41,812 nt of DNA. Source: Dehalococcoidia bacterium (GTDB lineage Bacteria; Chloroflexota; Dehalococcoidia; Lucifugimonadales; UBA2985). The stretch is taken from contig CAUZSC010000002.1 in assembly GCA_963582505.1 (NCBI GenBank), positions 1-41,812 on the forward strand. Direction: 5' to 3'. A program made the position numbers and the translations under genes. Below the pieces are notes generated by a model that was not told where the DNA came from, did not search any database, and worked only from the letters and a program-made list of their open reading frames with translations. Below are positions 36,693 through 41,812 of the stretch, piece after piece; positions within the stretch are counted from its first letter, which is position 1, and each line of letters begins with the position of its first letter.

Positions 36693-37571
36693 TCAGGCAC
36701 TTTTCCCTTCTATGGCCTCAGACAACGCAAGTAAGCTTTCTGCACGTTTCACAACTGGAACATCTATCATTTTCCCGTCCAAAGCAACGGCTCCTCTTCC
36801 TTGTGCTTCTGCCTCTCTAAAAGCTGCTACAACTTCCCGAGCATAGGCTACATCTTCTGGTGTAGGACTATACATATCGTTAATACTTCCTATTTGGGAT
36901 GGGTGAATTGCAAATTTGCCTTTATACCCAATACTCTTGCCTAATGCAACGTCCCTGATAAATCCATCTGTATCACGAAAATTAGCGTACACTATATCCA
37001 ACGCCATGACATTCGCAGCCTTTGCTGCCAATGCAACAGTAGATCTTGGTAAGAGTACTTCAGACCCTTCCTCGGTTCTCTCTATGCCCATATCAACAGT
37101 ATAATCTTCAGCCCCAAAGGCTACTGCAACTATTCTGGAAGAAGCCGAGCAAAGTTCATAAGCATTTATTATTGCCATCGCTGATTCAATAAACAGAATC
37201 AATTTGACTTTGCCTACGTCTATCCCTTTGGATGCCTCAATCTTCGTCATTATGGCATCAACTTGATCTACATCCCATTTATTCTCCACTTTACCGACAT
37301 TTACAGCATATGTATATTCCGTAACTGCCGTCTGCATATCCTCTTGTAATATGCCCGTATCCAATGCATTTACCCTGACTACAATTTTGTGACCATTCAA
37401 ACCCAAACTCGGTAACATCTCACCAATTACTTGTCGAGCGTTGGATTTCTCTGAATCAGGAACTGAGTCTTCCATATCTGCAACTAAGGCGTCAGATTGC
37501 AAATTAATAGCTTTCTCAAGCATATCTTTACGATTGCCAGGTACAAAAAGAAGACTTCTAAGAAGATCCAT
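36693..37571 (-). CDS. HpcH/HpaI aldolase / citrate-lyase beta-subunit-like (CitE / malyl-CoA-lyase family) protein.
   Basis: LLRSLLFVPGNRKDMLEKA, ADMEDSV, LILFIESAMAI and AFGAEDY are all CitE-family hallmarks. Confidence 0.8.
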   Translation of the reverse strand: MDLLRSLLFVPGNRKDMLEKAINLQSDALVADMEDSVPDSEKSNARQVIGEMLPSLGLNGHKIVVRVNALDTGILQEDMQTAVTEYTYAVNVGKVENKWDVDQVDAIMTKIEASKGIDVGKVKLILFIESAMAIINAYELCSASSRIVAVAFGAEDYTVDMGIERTEEGSEVLLPRSTVALAAKAANVMALDIVYANFRDTDGFIRDVALGKSIGYKGKFAIHPSQIGSINDMYSPTPEDVAYAREVVAAFREAEAQGRGAVALDGKMIDVPVVKRAESLLALSEAIEGKSA

Positions 37572-37723
37572 TTCTACTCCTCAACGCATACAACTCAAAA
37601 CGTTTCAAGCGTATTTTGTATAACAATATATTTACAGCTTTAGGAATTATAACATTGATTCATTGAAGATTCATCGAATCTATTCAGCAGTATGCTACCT
37701 ACACTAACATCTCATCGATACAA

Positions 37724-38266
37724 TCACTTAGGTTTGCCAAAATCCTCTAGGTCCATATTCCCAATAAAGTCCTTAAATGCTGATAATCTGTTTAATTCGT
37801 CTTCGCTCATTTTTACGACTGAAGTTTCTTCAGATTCACCACCTATTATAGGTTTACCTGTATCCTCATCTAAAGCAACACCTGCCTTATCAAGCACTGC
37901 TTCCTCAGCATAAATTGGAACTTTCACACGGACGGCCAATGCAACAGCATCGCTAGGCCTGGAATCCACTTCAATACTTTCCGATCCCAAATCTATAAAA
38001 ACCTTGGCGTAAAACGTATCATTATTCAAATCTGATATAACAATATGGGTAACAGTACCACTCAACGCATCTATAACAGAAGTCAGGAGATCATGTGTTA
38101 ACGGTCTTGGAACGGTCACCTCCTGCAATTTTACAGCAATAGCATCTGCTTCCCCCGGTCCAATCCATATTGGCAGGTATCTGCCAGAAAATATTTCCCT
38201 TAAAATCATCACGCGTTGATAGTTCATCAAACTAACCCTGATACTATCAATCAACATCTCTTGCAT
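37724..38266 (-). CDS. Bifunctional nuclease domain (DUF151/BFN) protein.
   Basis: VMILREIFSGRYLPIWIGPGEADAIAVKLQEVTVPRPLTHDLL... and SRPSDAVALAVRVKVPIY match the BFN-domain pattern. Confidence 0.75.
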   Translation of the reverse strand: MQEMLIDSIRVSLMNYQRVMILREIFSGRYLPIWIGPGEADAIAVKLQEVTVPRPLTHDLLTSVIDALSGTVTHIVISDLNNDTFYAKVFIDLGSESIEVDSRPSDAVALAVRVKVPIYAEEAVLDKAGVALDEDTGKPIIGGESEETSVVKMSEDELNRLSAFKDFIGNMDLEDFGKPK

Positions 38267-38540
38267 TGAGACCCTCCTCGGAAAGAAGATTCCATCACCA
38301 AACCAATTCTAAGTTGCCATTTAGAATCATGTCAACGTAATGTCGATCTACATTATAACTGAATCTCAATAATTCTTACGACATAATTATACCAGTCTTA
38401 AATATCTTACTTATATTAATTATTTGTAGAGCTTGCAGCCTAGAATATTTCGCATCAATACATCAAATAAAATAGAATACACGTGTGGACAGTCACTTAT
38501 ATGTACTGTTATAATTCCGCTTCTTAAGGAGGTCTCCACT

Positions 38541-39416
38541 TTGGTTAATGAAAAAGACTCAACAGCCACAAGCAGTGGCTCTCCGTTCCCAAATGTGTCA
38601 ATCTCTGTATCAGATATGACTAGCAGAGCCATAGACATACGAATGGATATACTAAATATGATAGCCGAAGGTGGAAGTGGACATCCTGGAGGATCCCTCT
38701 CAGCAGTAGAATTACTAAGCGCCTTGTATTTTAAAACCATGCGACATGATCCCAACGATCCGAAATGGGAATACAGAGATAAATTCATCCTTAGTAAAGC
38801 CCATGCTTGCCCAGTCTTGTATGCTCATCTAGCCCATTGTGGTTATTTCCCTATAGAAGAATTACTAACCTTCCGCAAGATTGACAGTCGGATTCAGGGG
38901 CATTCACATATTAAAACACCCGGTGTGGAAATGTCTGGAGGGTCCTTGGGCCAAGGCTTGTCTTTCGGTCTCGGGGCTGCGTTATCTGCCAGACTAGACA
39001 CCAATCAAACGAGAGTATATGTCCTACTTGGAGACGGAGAGTGTGATGAGGGTCAAATCTGGGAAGCTGCAATGGCAGCAACTCATTATAAGGCAGATAA
39101 TTTAGTAGCAATTGTGGACCGTAATCGAATACAAAATGATAACTGGACCAAAGATGTTATGAACCTTGAGCCCCTACCAGACAAGTGGAAAGCATTTGGT
39201 TGGAACACTGTAGAAATTGATGGACATAACTTCTCGGACATACTGAATGCCTTAGGCACTGCCGAGAAAGTAAAGGGGCAACCAACCGCTATAATTGCCT
39301 CCACTACCAAAGGTAAAGGCGTAAGTTTCATGGAGAACAATCCCGATTTCCATGGCAAGGCCCCCAATCCCGAGCAACTCGATCAAGCTTTGACTGAGCT
39401 AGAAAATACACGTTAG
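38541..39416 (+). CDS. Transketolase, N-terminal (thiamine-diphosphate-binding) subunit.
   Basis: GSGHPGGSLS, GHSH..TPGVE.SGGSLGQGLS, GDGECDEGQIWEAA. I place the start at the TTG at 38541, 8 nt after AAGGAGG (38526-38532). The ORF-track start at 38433 adds 36 residues with no homology rationale. Confidence 0.85.
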   Translation: MVNEKDSTATSSGSPFPNVSISVSDMTSRAIDIRMDILNMIAEGGSGHPGGSLSAVELLSALYFKTMRHDPNDPKWEYRDKFILSKAHACPVLYAHLAHCGYFPIEELLTFRKIDSRIQGHSHIKTPGVEMSGGSLGQGLSFGLGAALSARLDTNQTRVYVLLGDGECDEGQIWEAAMAATHYKADNLVAIVDRNRIQNDNWTKDVMNLEPLPDKWKAFGWNTVEIDGHNFSDILNALGTAEKVKGQPTAIIASTTKGKGVSFMENNPDFHGKAPNPEQLDQALTELENTR

Positions 39417-39432
39417 TTGAGAATGGAATTAA

Positions 39433-40368
39433 ATGACCTCTGCAGCACCTAGAGAAATATTTGGAAGCACCCTAGTAGAGTTGGGACATAAATATCCCGA
39501 TATAGTAGTTGTTGGTGGGGATTTAAATAAATCCACATTCGCTAATCTGTTTGGGTATGAATTCCCTGATAGATTCTTCGATCTAGGACCAGCAGAACAA
39601 AATATGATGAGTATTGCAGCTGGCTTAGCGAGTTCAGGGAAAACTGTATTCGCAAGCACATTCGCAGTATTCGCCACTGGAAGGCCATATGATCAGATAA
39701 GAGTTGGCATCTCTCAACCTCACCTAAATGTAAAAATAGTCGCTACGCACGCTGGTATAATGACTGGTGAAGATGGTGTTTCAGCACAAGGCATTGAAGA
39801 TTTGTCATTAATGTGTGCACTGCCAGGATTCACCGTGATTGTCCCTTCTGACGCGCCAGAAACCGTACTGGCAGTAAAAGCAGCCGCAGAAACATATGGC
39901 CCTTTTTATATAAGGTTGGGCAGGCCAAGTATCCCTATAATACATGACCAAAACTATCAATTCCAAATAGGAAAAGCCGAGGTAATCAAAGATGGTTCTG
40001 ATGCTTCAATAATAGCTTGCGGTATAATGGTGAAAGCTGCAATGGATGCCGCTGAAACACTATCAAAAGATGGTATACATTGCAGAGTCATTAACATGGC
40101 CACATTACAACCAGCAGATGTCGATGCGATAACATCGGCAGCTAAAGACACTAAAGCCATAGTCACAGCAGAGGAACATTTGAGACATGGTGGATTAAAC
40201 AGTATAGTTGCACAAACTGTTACTGAAACATACCCAGTTCCGATAGAATCTGTATCCTTAACCGGGTATGCAGAATCAGGCAAACCCGCGGCTCTAATAG
40301 AAAAATATGGCCTTACTTCTAAGGCTATAGTAGAATCAGTAACAAAAGTAATAAAACGAAAAAAGTAA
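39433..40368 (+). CDS. Transketolase, C-terminal (pyrimidine-binding plus C-domain) subunit.
   Basis: FFDLGPAEQNMMSIAAGLA, THAGI.TGEDG.SAQ, and the typical ~310-aa size. It lies 16 nt after the N-terminal subunit gene. Confidence 0.9.
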   Translation: MTSAAPREIFGSTLVELGHKYPDIVVVGGDLNKSTFANLFGYEFPDRFFDLGPAEQNMMSIAAGLASSGKTVFASTFAVFATGRPYDQIRVGISQPHLNVKIVATHAGIMTGEDGVSAQGIEDLSLMCALPGFTVIVPSDAPETVLAVKAAAETYGPFYIRLGRPSIPIIHDQNYQFQIGKAEVIKDGSDASIIACGIMVKAAMDAAETLSKDGIHCRVINMATLQPADVDAITSAAKDTKAIVTAEEHLRHGGLNSIVAQTVTETYPVPIESVSLTGYAESGKPAALIEKYGLTSKAIVESVTKVIKRKK

Positions 40369-40463
40369 GTATGCAAATTCTGCGAATACTGCTATTCAAG
40401 CCAATATGATGCTGCACTGTACCCGCTATAAAAAACTTATCATTACTAATCTCTGAGAAAACT

Positions 40464-41543
40464 ATGAGCAAAGCCAAGGTTGCAGTTGTAAGAACATCTC
40501 CACAAAATGTTATGGCTGATATTGCTAATGCAATGCACCTGGCAGATTACAATTCACATCTATCGAAAGATATTGCGACATTACTAAAGATAAATATATC
40601 TTGGCAATACTATTATCCAGCTTGCTCTACCACACCTTGGCAACTTGAAGGTGTAATAAAAACTCTGATAGATGATGGCTATAAAGATATAATTGCCGCA
40701 CATAACGGCACTGTAGTAGTAGACTCATTCGAAGGTGAAATCAGAAATAAACAGAAACCTGTACAGGATAAATATAACTTACCAAACATACACCTAGATG
40801 TCCCACCTAATAAGTGGATCTCCTATAACCCGAAAACCCCACTTCTTGCCTTGGACAAAATTTTCCCTGACGGCTTAGAAATTCCAGAAATACTCCCTGG
40901 CAAGAACATAATACATCTGCCAACTATGAAAACACACGTATTCACCACAATAACAGGAGCTATGAAAAATGCATTCGGCGGCCTTCTAAATAGGAACAGG
41001 CATTGGACACACTCGATGATACACGAAACCCTTGTAGATCTTCTTGCGATTCAGCAAGAAATTCATCCTGGCATATTTGCAGTTACAGATGGAACGTTTG
41101 CTGGCGATGGCCCTGGGCCTAGAGCAATGAGATGGCATAAGAAAGATATATTCCTTGCTAGCTCTGACCAAGTGGCAATAGACGCCATTGCTGCAAAAAT
41201 GATGGGGTTCGATCCAATGTCTATAAAATTTATACGATTAGCTCACGAGAGAGGACTAGGTTGCGGTAACCCATCTGAGATAGAAATAATTGGTGAAGAC
41301 ATATCAGATGTGAACTGGGAATTTAAAGGTGCAGAGAATACTTTCGCAAGCCGAGGGCAAAAGCTTATATACTGGGGGCCATTGAAACCTTTAGAACGCA
41401 TACTGCTCAGGTCACCAATTGCTCCATGGGCATTCATTGCATCAAATTTATACCATAATTCTTATTGGCTAAGGTTTATCGGAAACCGTAGGATACGAGC
41501 GGCCATGGAAACTGATTGGGGACAACTCTTTCAGCAATATTGA
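40464..41543 (+). CDS. DUF362 domain-containing protein (function unknown).
   Basis: The KVAVVR N-terminus, LKINISW..., HLPTMKTHVFTTITGAMKNAFGGL and DAIAAKMMGFDP resemble the DUF362 family as I recall it. Confidence 0.65.
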   Translation: MSKAKVAVVRTSPQNVMADIANAMHLADYNSHLSKDIATLLKINISWQYYYPACSTTPWQLEGVIKTLIDDGYKDIIAAHNGTVVVDSFEGEIRNKQKPVQDKYNLPNIHLDVPPNKWISYNPKTPLLALDKIFPDGLEIPEILPGKNIIHLPTMKTHVFTTITGAMKNAFGGLLNRNRHWTHSMIHETLVDLLAIQQEIHPGIFAVTDGTFAGDGPGPRAMRWHKKDIFLASSDQVAIDAIAAKMMGFDPMSIKFIRLAHERGLGCGNPSEIEIIGEDISDVNWEFKGAENTFASRGQKLIYWGPLKPLERILLRSPIAPWAFIASNLYHNSYWLRFIGNRRIRAAMETDWGQLFQQY

Positions 41544-41570
41544 AGACAGGATAATTTATATTTCTTATAT

Positions 41571-41812
41571 ATGAACACCATAGAAGCCACAGCAATAGTA
41601 AAAAACTATGCATATGAGTTGGGGTTTGACGTAGCAGGTATAACATCTGCAGAGCCTTTTGACAAAGCTAGGGAAGAAGCTTTATCTAGATTGCAAAATG
41701 GAATGTTAGATGGCCTCCCTTGGTTTCATAAATCCCGTATTATTAGGGGATCAAACCCAGAGGAGATACTTCCTGGTGCAAAATCAATTATATCAGTGGC
41801 AATGAGTTATAG
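41571..41812 (+). CDS. Epoxyqueuosine reductase (QueG)-like protein. 5' part only; it runs off the window.
   Basis: MNTIEATAIVKNYAYELGFDVAGITSAEPF...LDGLPWFHKSRIIRGSNPEEILPGAKSIISVAMSY resembles the QueG N-terminal (DUF1730) region. The Fe-S/B12 domains would lie outside the window. Confidence 0.6.
   Translation, partial: MNTIEATAIVKNYAYELGFDVAGITSAEPFDKAREEALSRLQNGMLDGLPWFHKSRIIRGSNPEEILPGAKSIISVAMSY

Noticed and set aside
38420-38788. A 122-aa minus-strand ORF, and the 5' extension of the transketolase ORF (38433-38540).
   Set aside because: The minus-strand ORF overlaps the conserved GSGHPGGSLS-coding part of the transketolase gene in antisense. The plus-strand extension precedes a perfect AAGGAGG-N8-TTG start and adds residues with no homology rationale.

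Overview
This 41.8-kb, AT-rich window is densely coding and holds about 40 protein genes and one tRNA. The content is almost all core or housekeeping. I saw no transposase, integrase, phage gene, CRISPR array or recognisable defence gene, so no clearly new system is visible and I do not claim one.

Left to right, the window contains:
- a membrane-anchored HdrD/GlcF/EtfD-like Fe-S oxidoreductase, possibly cut at the window edge
- a minus-strand beta-oxidation-type cluster: two crotonase-family enzymes and an acyl-CoA synthetase, followed by a decayed partial copy of that gene's 3' end
- proB-proA; alaS-ruvX; aroE-aroC
- a heat-shock cluster: a CbpA-like J-protein, an HspR-like MerR regulator and ClpC
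- a DedA-family membrane protein and purA
- a gamma-carbonic-anhydrase-like LbH protein, a Zn-dependent MDR dehydrogenase, an unknown 240-aa protein and a standalone LON N-domain protein
- two tandem paralogous ABC importer cassettes (family-5 lipoprotein binding protein plus DppB- and DppC-like permeases), neither with an ATPase gene
- tRNA-Glu(CUC)
- a replication operon: rplI, dnaB helicase, a DnaD-like protein, a double-AAA+ DnaC/DnaI-like loader and a HIT protein
- a CitE-like lyase, a DUF151 bifunctional-nuclease-domain protein, a split transketolase, a DUF362 protein and the 5' end of a QueG-like gene

The gene set (lipoprotein binding proteins, DnaD plus DnaI-like loaders, HspR, split transketolase) fits a monoderm-type lineage such as a marine Chloroflexota. 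That placement is a guess from gene content only.

The items most worth follow-up:
1. The covalently duplicated helicase loader, whose second AAA+ module has a degenerate Walker B.
2. A 38-bp perfect palindrome over the -35 region of one ABC cassette.
3. The ATPase-less duplicated ABC cassettes, each with a hairpin after the binding-protein gene.
4. The decayed 3' duplicate of the acyl-CoA synthetase gene, which abuts a bidirectional terminator.
5. A J-protein whose HPD motif reads HPE.
6. The LON-domain plus unknown-protein pair.

All calls rest on motif recognition by eye. No database search was run.
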